Source: an uncultured delta proteobacterium
Lineage (GTDB): Bacteria > Desulfobacterota > Syntrophorhabdia > Syntrophorhabdales > WCHB1-27
Assembly: GCA_963768735.1 (NCBI GenBank)
Contig: CAVYJH010000008.1
Span: 26,314 to 90,313, forward strand
Length of the DNA stretch: 64,000 nucleotides
Reading direction: 5' to 3'
A program made the position numbers and the translations under genes. Positions 38,664 to 47,235 of the stretch are shown here, piece after piece (position 1 is the first letter of the stretch; each line of letters begins with the position of its first letter). A model generated the notes under the pieces. The model was not told the origin of the DNA and searched no databases. It saw only the letters and a program-made list of their open reading frames with translations.

Positions 38664-39555
38664 ACGCTTTACACGCAGAGAGTTCCTTCGCACCCTGGCG
38701 ATAGCCGGCGCCTCCGGCGCAGCCTTCTCCCTGGCCTCGTGCAGCAAAGCCGAGAAAGAACAATTCTTCCAGAAGCATTTCCTCGAGATGACGGACCAGG
38801 AGAAAAAGCAGACGATCAAGAGGCTGATGGACGGCTACCACGAGAAGTACGGACTGACATTCAGCGTGAGCAGCCAAGGGGCTACGCCCCACACCCTGTG
38901 GGGGTACGGCCTTGACCTCTCGCGCTGCATCGGGTGCAGGCGATGCGTTTACGCCTGTGTAAAGGAGAACAACCTATCGCGCCATAATCCCCAAGTTCAG
39001 TGGATCAGGGTCCTCCGTTTAAAAAAGGGGAATCTCATCGATCTGGAGCAGGCCGAGGATTACTACGATCCGCCTGAAGTGCCCGAGGAAGGCTATTTCT
39101 ACATGCCCGTTCAGTGCCAGCATTGCGAGAATCCGCCCTGTGTCAAGGTATGCCCGGTCCATGCCACATGGAAGGAGCCGGACGGACTGGTCGTTGTCGA
39201 TTATAACTGGTGCATCGGCTGCAGGTACTGTATGGCCGCCTGCCCTTATCGGGGCAGGACTTTCAACTGGTCCGAGCCGAAGGTGCAAAAAGAGGAATGG
39301 AACACGCAGGTCCACTATCTAGGCAACCGGCCACGGTTCAGAAACGTGGTGGACAAGTGCACCTTCTGCATCCAGCGCGTGAGAAACGGGAGATACCCTG
39401 CCTGCGTGGAAGCATGTCCCACAGGGACAAGAAAGTTTGGCAATCTCCTCGATCGGGACAGCGAGATACGTTACCTGATCGACCACAAAAGGGTGTTCCG
39501 ACTCAAAGAGGACCTGAATACGGAACCGAAGTTTTACTATTTTTTTGCGGAATAA
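38653..39555 (+). CDS. Tat-exported 4x[4Fe-4S] ferredoxin subunit (DmsB/HybA/DsrO/ActB-like)
   Basis: Twin-arginine signal RREFLRTLAIAGASGAA and four Cys clusters (CIGCRRCVYAC, CQHCENPPC, CIGCRYCMAAC, CTFC...CVEAC). Confidence 0.88.
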   Translation: MAHKRFTRREFLRTLAIAGASGAAFSLASCSKAEKEQFFQKHFLEMTDQEKKQTIKRLMDGYHEKYGLTFSVSSQGATPHTLWGYGLDLSRCIGCRRCVYACVKENNLSRHNPQVQWIRVLRLKKGNLIDLEQAEDYYDPPEVPEEGYFYMPVQCQHCENPPCVKVCPVHATWKEPDGLVVVDYNWCIGCRYCMAACPYRGRTFNWSEPKVQKEEWNTQVHYLGNRPRFRNVVDKCTFCIQRVRNGRYPACVEACPTGTRKFGNLLDRDSEIRYLIDHKRVFRLKEDLNTEPKFYYFFAE

Positions 39556-39578
39556 GGAAAAGAGCGATGAAGGGTTGC

Positions 39579-39656
39579 ATTGACCGAGCGAAGCGAGCTG
39601 AGCGGGGAGGCTCGACAGGCTATGCCCGTCGAGGGGGCGCTGAGCCCCATTAATTG
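39579..39656 (-). repeat. copy of the repeat element between the FeS and NrfD genes
   Basis: ATTGACCGAGCGAAGCGAGCTGAGCGGGGAGG ... hairpin ... CGAGGGGGCGCTGAGCCCCATTAATTG. This is the reverse complement of the 11063 family. Confidence 0.75.
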
Positions 39657-39677
39657 CTGCCGGAATAGGATGAGGAC

Positions 39678-40898
39678 ATGGAAGCGTGGAGGTTTTACAA
39701 GAAGACATTGAGGCTGGTGGTATCGGGGGGACCCCTCTACTACACCTGGTGCCTCTTCCTGATCGCGATCATTCTTCTTGGTCTCACCTACTATCTGCGT
39801 CAGATGGAGCAGGGGTTGATCGTGACGCACATGCGCGACCAGGTGTCGTGGGGGATGTATATCGCCAATTTCACGTACCTTGTTGGGGTGGCGGCAGCAG
39901 CCGTGCTCCTCGTCATACCTGCATACGTGTACGACTTCAAGCCGATCAAGGAGATCGTAGTCCTCGGAGAGCTGTGGGCGGCATCGTCCATCGTCATGGC
40001 CCTCCTCTTCGTCTTCGTCGACCTGGGCCGGCCCGACCGTTTCTGGCACCTCATCCCCTATATCGGATGGCTCAGTTTCCCCCGGTCCCTCCTCGCCTGG
40101 GATGTGCTCGTCCTTAACGGCTACCTGGTCCTCAACATATTTATTCCCGTGTACATGCTCGTGAAGCTCTACTATGAAAAAGAACCGAACAAGAAATTCG
40201 TGATCCCCCTCATCCTGATCTCCATCCCCTGGGCCGTGGGCATCCATACGGTGACGGCATTCCTCTACAACGGACTGGAAGCACGCCCTTTCTGGAACGC
40301 GTCGATCCTCGCGCCCCGCTTCCTGGCATCCGCCTTCTGCTCGGGCCCGGCCATGGTGATCATCATGTTCCAGGTAGTCAGACGGATCTCTTACATCAAT
40401 ATCGCGGATTCAGCGCTTTTCAAGATCGCCGAGCTGATCGCCTATGCGATGTTTCTCAACCTATTCCTCCTCTCCGCCGAAGCCTTCAAGGAATACTATT
40501 CGGATACCATCAATCTTGCCTCCCTACGGTATCTCTATCAGGGGCTGGATGGCCACCGGGTGCTCGTGCCGTGGATATGGACGGCCCTCGGCTTCAACGT
40601 AACGGCCTTTCTCCTTTTCCTCATAAGGCGGACGAGGAGATGGCTCCCCACGCTCAATCTGGGCTGTCTGCTCATCATAGTGGGCGTCTGGATCGAGAAA
40701 GGTCCCGGTTTTGTCCTGCCGGGTTTTGTGCCTTCTCCCCTTGGAGAGATTTACGATTACGTGCCCAACCAGGTCGAGCTCTTCGTCTCCTTTGGCGTAT
40801 GGGCCGTGGGACTCCTTATCTTCACGTTTTTCATGAAGGTCGCCATCCCTATCGAGCGGGGAGATTTTGTGCATAAGACAACCGGCAAAAACACCTAG
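39678..40898 (+). CDS. NrfD/PsrC-family integral membrane quinone-interacting subunit
   Basis: 406 aa and highly hydrophobic (8-10 TM helices). Gene order cytochrome c - FeS - NrfD. Confidence 0.8.
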   Translation: MEAWRFYKKTLRLVVSGGPLYYTWCLFLIAIILLGLTYYLRQMEQGLIVTHMRDQVSWGMYIANFTYLVGVAAAAVLLVIPAYVYDFKPIKEIVVLGELWAASSIVMALLFVFVDLGRPDRFWHLIPYIGWLSFPRSLLAWDVLVLNGYLVLNIFIPVYMLVKLYYEKEPNKKFVIPLILISIPWAVGIHTVTAFLYNGLEARPFWNASILAPRFLASAFCSGPAMVIIMFQVVRRISYINIADSALFKIAELIAYAMFLNLFLLSAEAFKEYYSDTINLASLRYLYQGLDGHRVLVPWIWTALGFNVTAFLLFLIRRTRRWLPTLNLGCLLIIVGVWIEKGPGFVLPGFVPSPLGEIYDYVPNQVELFVSFGVWAVGLLIFTFFMKVAIPIERGDFVHKTTGKNT

Positions 40899-41003
40899 AA
40901 CGCGAGTTTGTGCCCCTGGCCCTGAAGAGATGTCTCGCCTTTTTCTGGCGGTGGGCCAAATCAGAGATTATATTAACCTATGCCCCGGACGAATTAGGGG
41001 ATA

Positions 41004-41018
41004 TGGCACACGGTTTGC
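41004..41018 (+). promoter_or_regulatory. sigma-54 promoter core match (TGGCAC-N5-TTGC) upstream of the SOD gene
   Basis: TGGCACACGGTTTGC, 80 nt upstream of ATG 41098. Confidence 0.5.
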
Positions 41019-41097
41019 GGCGCTCGCCTCTCGACTCCCCGAAGGCCGCCAGAGAGAAATTCTAAGGGACTGATCCCATTCACGCAAGGAGGAACGT

Positions 41098-41670
41098 ATG
41101 TACACCGCGAAAGATTATGCGAAGTTGATCGGCATGGAAGGCTTCAGCGACACACTCCTCAATAACCATTTTACCCTGTATCAGGGGTACGTAACGAACA
41201 CCAATAAGCTCCTCGACACGTTCGCCCAACTCAAGGACGAGAAGACGGCGACACCGGAGTTCGCGGAGCTTCACCGAAGACTCGGATGGGAATTTAACGG
41301 CATGCGCCTGCACGAATACTACTTCGAGAACCTCGGCGGCAAAGGGCAGATCAACAAGGATGGAGCCCTCGCAAAAAAGCTGGCCGCCGACTTCGGGAGC
41401 TACGAGACCTGGGAAAAAGACTTCAGGGCAATCGGCGCAATGAGGGGCATCGGCTGGGCCGCTCTCTACCAGGATACGGCCAGCGGCAGACTGATCAATT
41501 TCTGGATTAACGAACACGATCAGGGACATCCGGCCAGTTGCGCGCTCATCCTTATCATGGACGTGTTCGAGCACGCCTACATGGTCGACTACGGGACGAA
41601 GAAGCCGGGGTATATCGATGCCTTCTTCAAAAATGTGAATTGGCAAACAGCGGAGGCGCGCCTCAAATAG
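41098..41670 (+). CDS. Fe/Mn-family superoxide dismutase
   Basis: 190 aa with metal-ligand contexts LNNHFTLYQGYV, NGMRLHEYYFENL and DVFEHAYMVDY. RBS AAGGAGG. Confidence 0.8.
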   Translation: MYTAKDYAKLIGMEGFSDTLLNNHFTLYQGYVTNTNKLLDTFAQLKDEKTATPEFAELHRRLGWEFNGMRLHEYYFENLGGKGQINKDGALAKKLAADFGSYETWEKDFRAIGAMRGIGWAALYQDTASGRLINFWINEHDQGHPASCALILIMDVFEHAYMVDYGTKKPGYIDAFFKNVNWQTAEARLK

Positions 41671-41702
41671 GAATTTAGAGGAACGGGCTTCCCAGTTTTG
41701 TC

Positions 41703-41749
41703 ATAGGTCGTATGAGTCGTATAAGACTTATACGACCTATTATTTTGTT
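41703..41749 (+). terminator. rho-independent terminator after the SOD gene
   Basis: ATAGGTCGTA...TACGACCTAT is a perfect 10-bp stem (extendable), followed by TATTTTGTT. Confidence 0.6.
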
Positions 41750-41848
41750 ATAAAGCGTGGGCGACTTGAAAATCAGCGACCCGCGCCCTGCTCAAAACCC
41801 TGCGCGTCAATTGACAATTGTGCTGCCCCTGTGGTAAACAAAGGGTTC

Positions 41849-43063
41849 ATGCCCGATGGTCTCATCAAGCCCTTTAAGGGTCTTCTCTACAACAAAACAA
41901 AGATGGGCGACATCTCGGCGTGCGTCTGCCCGCCTTACGATATCATCTCTGATCCGCTCCCTTATTACAACCGAAGCGGTTGTAACGCCATCCGCCTTGA
42001 ATTGCCGCTCGGGACGGCGGAGGCGGACATGTACGACACGGCACGAAAGACACTCGATACGTGGCTTGCCGAACAGGTCCTCACCGAAGACGATCGGGAG
42101 TCTGTCTACCTGTACGAGCAGGAATTCGCGCTCAACGGGCGGACCCACAGGCGCAGAGGCGTGATCCCCCTCGTGAGGCTGGACAGGCAGCGGATTCTCA
42201 CCCATGAGGAAACACGGAGGGAGGCGAGGGAGGACAGGGAGAAACTTATCGAGAAGCTGCACACTTTCACCAGCCTTATCCTCGCCATGTATGAAGACGG
42301 TTCAGGAGAGATAGGCAGGCTCATCGAGGACTCTCAAAGAGAGACGATATACGATTTTATTGATGAGCTGTCCATAAAGAACACGTTTTACCGGCTGACC
42401 GACCCGACTCTCGCGGCAAGTCTGTCCGTCATGATGAAGAAACTCTATGTTGCAGATGGCCATCACAGGCTGAGCGTCGCGCTTAAGCTGGGGCTGCCCT
42501 ATGTCGCCATGTATCTCACCGATATGCACGCGGACGGAATAGCCATACTCCCCTATCACCGGGTCGTCAGTCTGAAGCAAAAGAGAGAAGATACGCAGAT
42601 CCTCGCCCTCGCGGCGCCCTATTTTGACGTTTCGAAGCTGGAATACCCGCCGCAGGCCGGTCCTGACGGGCTTGTCGCACAGATATCATCCTCTCCCGCC
42701 CTGTCCTTGGTCCTTTACTTCAATGGGGGAAAACCCTCTTTTTACATGCTGACGCAGAAAAGAGCGATGGACTTCGACCCCGAGAGCCACCGGAGCCTGC
42801 GCAGCCTCAGGGTAAACGCGGTCCACAAGGGCGTCCTGAAAAACCTTTTAAAGGTGCAAGACGACGAGATATCTTTTTTGAACAGTGCGGATGAGGCAGT
42901 CCGGCTCGTGAACCGCGGTCAGTACGACTTCGCTGTTTTCGTGCCGGCAACGTCGGTGGAAGAGGTGAAGGATATAGCCGAAAACGGGCTTTCCATGCCC
43001 CCCAAGTCCACCTACTTCTATCCGAAAGCGCTTACGGGGCTCGTGTTCCACAAATATGCCTGA
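41849..43063 (+). CDS. DUF1015 family protein
   Basis: IKPFKGLLYN ... VCPPYDIISD ... LYVADGHHR. ATG 41849 is preferred over the GTG 41831 ORF start. Confidence 0.75.
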   Translation: MPDGLIKPFKGLLYNKTKMGDISACVCPPYDIISDPLPYYNRSGCNAIRLELPLGTAEADMYDTARKTLDTWLAEQVLTEDDRESVYLYEQEFALNGRTHRRRGVIPLVRLDRQRILTHEETRREAREDREKLIEKLHTFTSLILAMYEDGSGEIGRLIEDSQRETIYDFIDELSIKNTFYRLTDPTLAASLSVMMKKLYVADGHHRLSVALKLGLPYVAMYLTDMHADGIAILPYHRVVSLKQKREDTQILALAAPYFDVSKLEYPPQAGPDGLVAQISSSPALSLVLYFNGGKPSFYMLTQKRAMDFDPESHRSLRSLRVNAVHKGVLKNLLKVQDDEISFLNSADEAVRLVNRGQYDFAVFVPATSVEEVKDIAENGLSMPPKSTYFYPKALTGLVFHKYA

Positions 43064-43778
43064 GTCCATAAGACCTGACGAAACGCTGGACGTGCTGTGC
43101 GATGAGAAAATGCGGCTTATTCAAAAAAAGAAGGGTTATCGTCTTTCCATGGATCCGCTTCTGCTTGCGAACTTCGTCACCCTGAGGCGTCACGAGACTC
43201 TTTTGGACATAGGCACGGGCTGTGGTATCATACCTGTGTATCTCTCGAGAAATGGCATGCAAAACCGGATTGTCGGAATAGAGATCCAGGACGAATTATA
43301 TGACCTAGCGTTACGGAACAAGGAATTGAACGGATGCGCGAATGTGGTGTTCGTGAAGGGAGACGTAAAAACGGCCGGCAAGGGCCTCGGCACATTTCAC
43401 GTGATCGTGTCGAACCCGCCCTACGTAAAAGAGCGGACAGGGAGAAAAAGTCCGGGGCAGTCCCGTCTGCTGGCTCGCTACGAGTCGGCGCTCGACCTTA
43501 CCTCACTACTGGCAGCCGCATCGCATATGCTTACGACTCACGGCAGGTTCTGCGTGATTTATCCGGCAGGCAGGCTGGCCGAGCTGTTGTACACAGCGAA
43601 ATCCCTGGGTCTGGAGCCGAAAAGGCTCCGCCCGGTCTATTCACGATGGGGCGAGCAGGCCGTGCTTTCCCTCGTGGAATGCATGAAAAGCGGTGGGGTA
43701 AACTTGTTGGTAGAGCCACCGCTTTACATATATGCGGAGAATGATTACACGGAAGAGGTAAAAACATACTATGCGTGA
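43056..43778 (+). CDS. SAM-dependent methyltransferase, tRNA (adenine-N6) TrmN6/YfiC-like
   Basis: LLDIGTGCGIIPV ... VGIEIQ ... VIVSNPPYV. Confidence 0.65.
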   Translation: MPESIRPDETLDVLCDEKMRLIQKKKGYRLSMDPLLLANFVTLRRHETLLDIGTGCGIIPVYLSRNGMQNRIVGIEIQDELYDLALRNKELNGCANVVFVKGDVKTAGKGLGTFHVIVSNPPYVKERTGRKSPGQSRLLARYESALDLTSLLAAASHMLTTHGRFCVIYPAGRLAELLYTAKSLGLEPKRLRPVYSRWGEQAVLSLVECMKSGGVNLLVEPPLYIYAENDYTEEVKTYYA

Positions 43779-43788
43779 AAGGGCATAA

Positions 43789-44757
43789 ATGGAAGAGGTG
43801 GTACAGCTCATCAAGGAAGACCTTGAGAAGCTCGAAGTTTCTATTGAAAAGCTTCTCACCACCCGGATTCCATTCATAAGGGATGTCGTACGCCACCTCA
43901 CAAAGTCGGGAGGGAAGAGGATAAGACCCATTCTGGTGATCCTCTGCTCACGGCTGAGCGGCTGCCGCACGGACGAGCACCTTCCCTACGCCGCGGTCGT
44001 GGAGTTCATCCACACCGCAACTCTCCTCCACGACGACGTCGTCGACAACGCCGAGACGAGGAGGGGCGCCGCTACGGCAAATATGCTATGGGGGAACGAG
44101 CCCAGCGTGCTCGTGGGCGACTTCCTCTTCAGCAAGTCTTTTGACTTGATGGCAACCCATCACAACGAAGAGATCCTGAAGGTGGTGTCCAAGGCAACCA
44201 CCGACCTTGCCGAAGGCGAGATCATGGAGTTGCTCAAGACATCCGACATGCAAACCCTGGAGGAGGAGTATTACGAGGTAATTGCAGGCAAGACGGCGGT
44301 ACTGCTCTCCGCCGCCTGTGAGATAGGCGCCCTGCTCGGCGGAGTGGCTCATGAAAAGCGCATGGCCCTTCGTGACTTCGGCTTTCATATGGGCATGGCC
44401 TTCCAGCTCACCGACGACCTGCTCGACTATACATCAAGCGACAGGACTCTCGGAAAGGATACCGGCAGAGACTTGAAAGAGGGAAAGGTTACCCTTCCCC
44501 TCATCCATGCGCTCAAGACCGCCACTCAAATGGAAAGGGAGTCGATAGAAGAGAACCTGACAAAATTGCACACCACGGAAGAGGATTTCCGAAGGGTGAA
44601 AGGCATCATCGAAAAGCATGGCGGGCTCGATTACACCTCCCGCATCTCGAAAGAACACATCGATACCGCAAAAACCCTGCTCGATCTGTTTCCCACCTCC
44701 AAATACAAGCAGGCTCTGCTGGACCTTGCCGACCATATCCTTGTGAGAGAATCCTGA
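43789..44757 (+). CDS. polyprenyl diphosphate synthase (long-chain, IspB-like)
   Basis: First and second Asp-rich motifs: LLHDDVVDNAETRRG and FQLTDDLLDY. Confidence 0.88.
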   Translation: MEEVVQLIKEDLEKLEVSIEKLLTTRIPFIRDVVRHLTKSGGKRIRPILVILCSRLSGCRTDEHLPYAAVVEFIHTATLLHDDVVDNAETRRGAATANMLWGNEPSVLVGDFLFSKSFDLMATHHNEEILKVVSKATTDLAEGEIMELLKTSDMQTLEEEYYEVIAGKTAVLLSAACEIGALLGGVAHEKRMALRDFGFHMGMAFQLTDDLLDYTSSDRTLGKDTGRDLKEGKVTLPLIHALKTATQMERESIEENLTKLHTTEEDFRRVKGIIEKHGGLDYTSRISKEHIDTAKTLLDLFPTSKYKQALLDLADHILVRES

Positions 44758-44765
44758 ACAACCAC

Positions 44766-45041
44766 TTACTTTCCGAAGTCCGCGAGAAGCCGGTCTATCT
44801 CATCCTGACTGAGCGATTCGCCGGAAGATGCAGTGCATTCCTCCCCGCCAGGGGCCGGGCCCGTTGGCTTGGCTGCCGGGGCAAAATCCGCAAGACCGGC
44901 CAGGAGGGAATCAAGGTCCCCCTGGGAAAGACCGGCGGCCGGCCCACTCTCTTCCGCCGGTTCTGCCGCTCCCGACACCTCGTCTTCTGCGCCAAGACCC
45001 AATAATGCGTTCAGGTCGTTCTGCGATAGTAGGTCAGCCAT
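44766..45041 (-). CDS. small acidic protein with three FliM-N-type LSQxE(I/L)DxLL motifs
   Basis: 91 aa: MADLLSQNDLNALLG ... GLSQGDLDSLLAG ... SLSQDEIDRLLADFGK, separated by Pro/Ala/Glu linkers. Confidence 0.55.
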   Translation of the reverse strand: MADLLSQNDLNALLGLGAEDEVSGAAEPAEESGPAAGLSQGDLDSLLAGLADFAPAAKPTGPAPGGEECTASSGESLSQDEIDRLLADFGK

Positions 45042-45342
45042 GATCCTCTTTTTTGCCGGGTACAGAGCCGCTCGCCCGATACCAGGTCACCTTCTTCACC
45101 CCATCTTTGTTGGCTCCTCCTCGCTCTCCTTCACGTGCTCGACCCGCCCCGTGGGTGCCCCGATGCCTGCGTCAGCTCTTCCTCGCCGCTTCGATGGACC
45201 TTCGATTGCAGCTCGGTACGAGATAGTGCCGCCTATTAATTGATCGGCCTTTGCGGAAAAGACTTAACAATCGACTGTCATACAAAACGGACCGGCCTTA
45301 GTTCAGCCGGCCCGCGCCAACCTGATGCTTTTTCGCAGACAG

Positions 45343-46164
45343 CTACCGCGCCATCAGGGCTGCGCCAAGGGCTGCGGTGATCTGCGGCTCCAGGGGAGTA
45401 ATGATCTCACTGCCCAGCTCCGCTGCCAAAGTCCTGACCAGCCCTGCATCTTTTGCACCGCCCCCGGTGACCGCACAGTCAGGGACAAGACCGACGCGCG
45501 TCACGAGGTTGGCGATCTTCGATGCCATGGCCTTATGGACCCCCGCCAGAATATCCTCTGCGAGGGCCCCTTCCGCGATCCTCGACACTGCCTCCGATTC
45601 AGCGAAAACCGCGCATCCCGTCGTAAATTCCACGGGCGACTTCGACCTGAGGGAGACTTCTCCGATCTCTTCCACGGTCATGTGGAGGATGCGCGCGATC
45701 ACTTGCAAGAATCTTCCGCTCCCTCCGGCGCACTTTTCATTCAGGACAAAGTCCGTAATCCTCCCCAGCCCGTCGACCCGGATCGCCCTGCTGAACTGCG
45801 CGCCTATATCGACGACAGTCCTCACCTGAGGAAACAGATGGTGCACGCCCGCCGCGTGACACGAGATGTCCGTCGCGGTCTCATCGGCAAAATCGACTGC
45901 GCCCGACCCATAGCCGGTGGCCCCGGTAAACGCAATGTCGGCCATTGAGAGGGAGGCTTTCTCGAGGGCGGCCCCCGCAACCGCTTTGGCAGCCTCCCTG
46001 TAGCTCCCCACCGAGGGTATGACCGCGCTTCCGCGGACGCTCCCCCCTTCGCAGACAACCGCCTTTGAAAAACCGGAGCCTATATCGATGCCGAGCGTAT
46101 AGCTTACGTGAAGAATGTGGCCTCCTTCAGGTCCCGCCCGCTCCTCAACAGCGTTTCTCCGCAT
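45343..46164 (-). CDS. BadF/BadG/BcrA/BcrD-family ATPase (acyl-CoA dehydratase activase / reductase ATPase subunit)
   Basis: YTLGIDIGSGFSKAVV ... GATGYG ... DIGAQFSRAI ... CAGGSGRF ... VTGGGAKD. The ATG overlaps the upstream gene by 61 nt, so the start is uncertain. Confidence 0.75.
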   Translation of the reverse strand: MRRNAVEERAGPEGGHILHVSYTLGIDIGSGFSKAVVCEGGSVRGSAVIPSVGSYREAAKAVAGAALEKASLSMADIAFTGATGYGSGAVDFADETATDISCHAAGVHHLFPQVRTVVDIGAQFSRAIRVDGLGRITDFVLNEKCAGGSGRFLQVIARILHMTVEEIGEVSLRSKSPVEFTTGCAVFAESEAVSRIAEGALAEDILAGVHKAMASKIANLVTRVGLVPDCAVTGGGAKDAGLVRTLAAELGSEIITPLEPQITAALGAALMAR

Positions 46165-46994
46165 CTGAGCGCGTTCCTGTATGCCTCTCTCCCCACAAGC
46201 GCAGCGCCGATAGCCCCGGTGAGGAGCGGCTCGGACGGGACAAGAACGGGAAAGGCGAACTTTGCGGCCAGGGCCTTCACCAGGCCGATGTTCATGGCGC
46301 CGCCCCCGGTCACGGCCACGTCCGGCTCTATCTTGAGCTTGCTCACGAGCGCATATATCCGCGTGGCAACAGCTTCATGGATCCCGGCGATCAGGTTCGG
46401 CACGGTTTCACCATCGGCAAGCCGTCCCGTCACCTCGTGCTCCGCAAAAACCGTGCAGGTATTGCTGATCTCGGCGGGCCTTTCGGCGGAAAGGGAAAGC
46501 TCCCCGAGCCGGGCCAGGGGAACTCCAAGGACATCGGCCATCACTTCCAGAAACCGGCCCGTGCCGGCTGCGCACTTATCGTTCATGACGAAGCCCGTGA
46601 CCTTGCCGCCTTGTATCTTGATGCCCTTGCTGTCCTGCCCTCCCACGTCGACCACCGTCCGCGCTGTGGGCAGCACGTGGTGTACCCCTTTTGCATGACA
46701 CGTGATCTCTGTCACTTGTTTGTCCGCAAAGGGCACATTTATTCTCCCGTAGCCCGTAGCCACAACAAAGGTGAGGTTTTCAAAGACCAGGCCGGCTTGC
46801 GTCAGGGCTTCTTCCATCACCCGGTATGCCAACCTTCGGTGTTCCGGGCCTGTCGGTCCGATTATCGACGACACCACGGCGGACTCATCCATAATGGCCA
46901 CCTTTGTCATCGTGGACCCGATATCGATACCCACGAAATAGTGCGTCACGCTCTCACACCCGTCGCAAATAGAATAGTGCTTCCCACAGAACAT
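46104..46994 (-). CDS. BadF/BadG/BcrA/BcrD-family ATPase
   Basis: YFVGIDIGSTMTKVAIMD ... ATGYGR ... DVGGQDSKGI ... KCAAGTGRFLE ... VTGGGAMN. Confidence 0.78.
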   Translation of the reverse strand: MFCGKHYSICDGCESVTHYFVGIDIGSTMTKVAIMDESAVVSSIIGPTGPEHRRLAYRVMEEALTQAGLVFENLTFVVATGYGRINVPFADKQVTEITCHAKGVHHVLPTARTVVDVGGQDSKGIKIQGGKVTGFVMNDKCAAGTGRFLEVMADVLGVPLARLGELSLSAERPAEISNTCTVFAEHEVTGRLADGETVPNLIAGIHEAVATRIYALVSKLKIEPDVAVTGGGAMNIGLVKALAAKFAFPVLVPSEPLLTGAIGAALVGREAYRNALRCGETLLRSGRDLKEATFFT

Positions 46995-47235
46995 AGTCCT
47001 GCACTATTTATCACAACCTTATCCGAATTACCCATGTAGTGTCAACATAATTCCTGCAACGCAATGTATACAATGTCCCTATCCTTTACATCCTTGAAAG
47101 GGCTCTTTGCCGGCGAGCCCGGCGCCTTTTTCCGGACGACAGTCAGGCTTCCGAAGGATATGCCCCCTGACTCAAAAAGGTCCGGCACGGAATCGATGCT
47201 TTCCCGTCCAGGATATTCTGGCTGCCGATTTATCC

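Noticed and set aside
47183-47199. Sigma-54-like CGGCACG...TGC upstream of the sigma-54 activator/ATPase region
   Set aside because: The GG-to-GC spacing is two nucleotides too long and the -24 T is missing. It does not meet the standard of the two exact sites reported.
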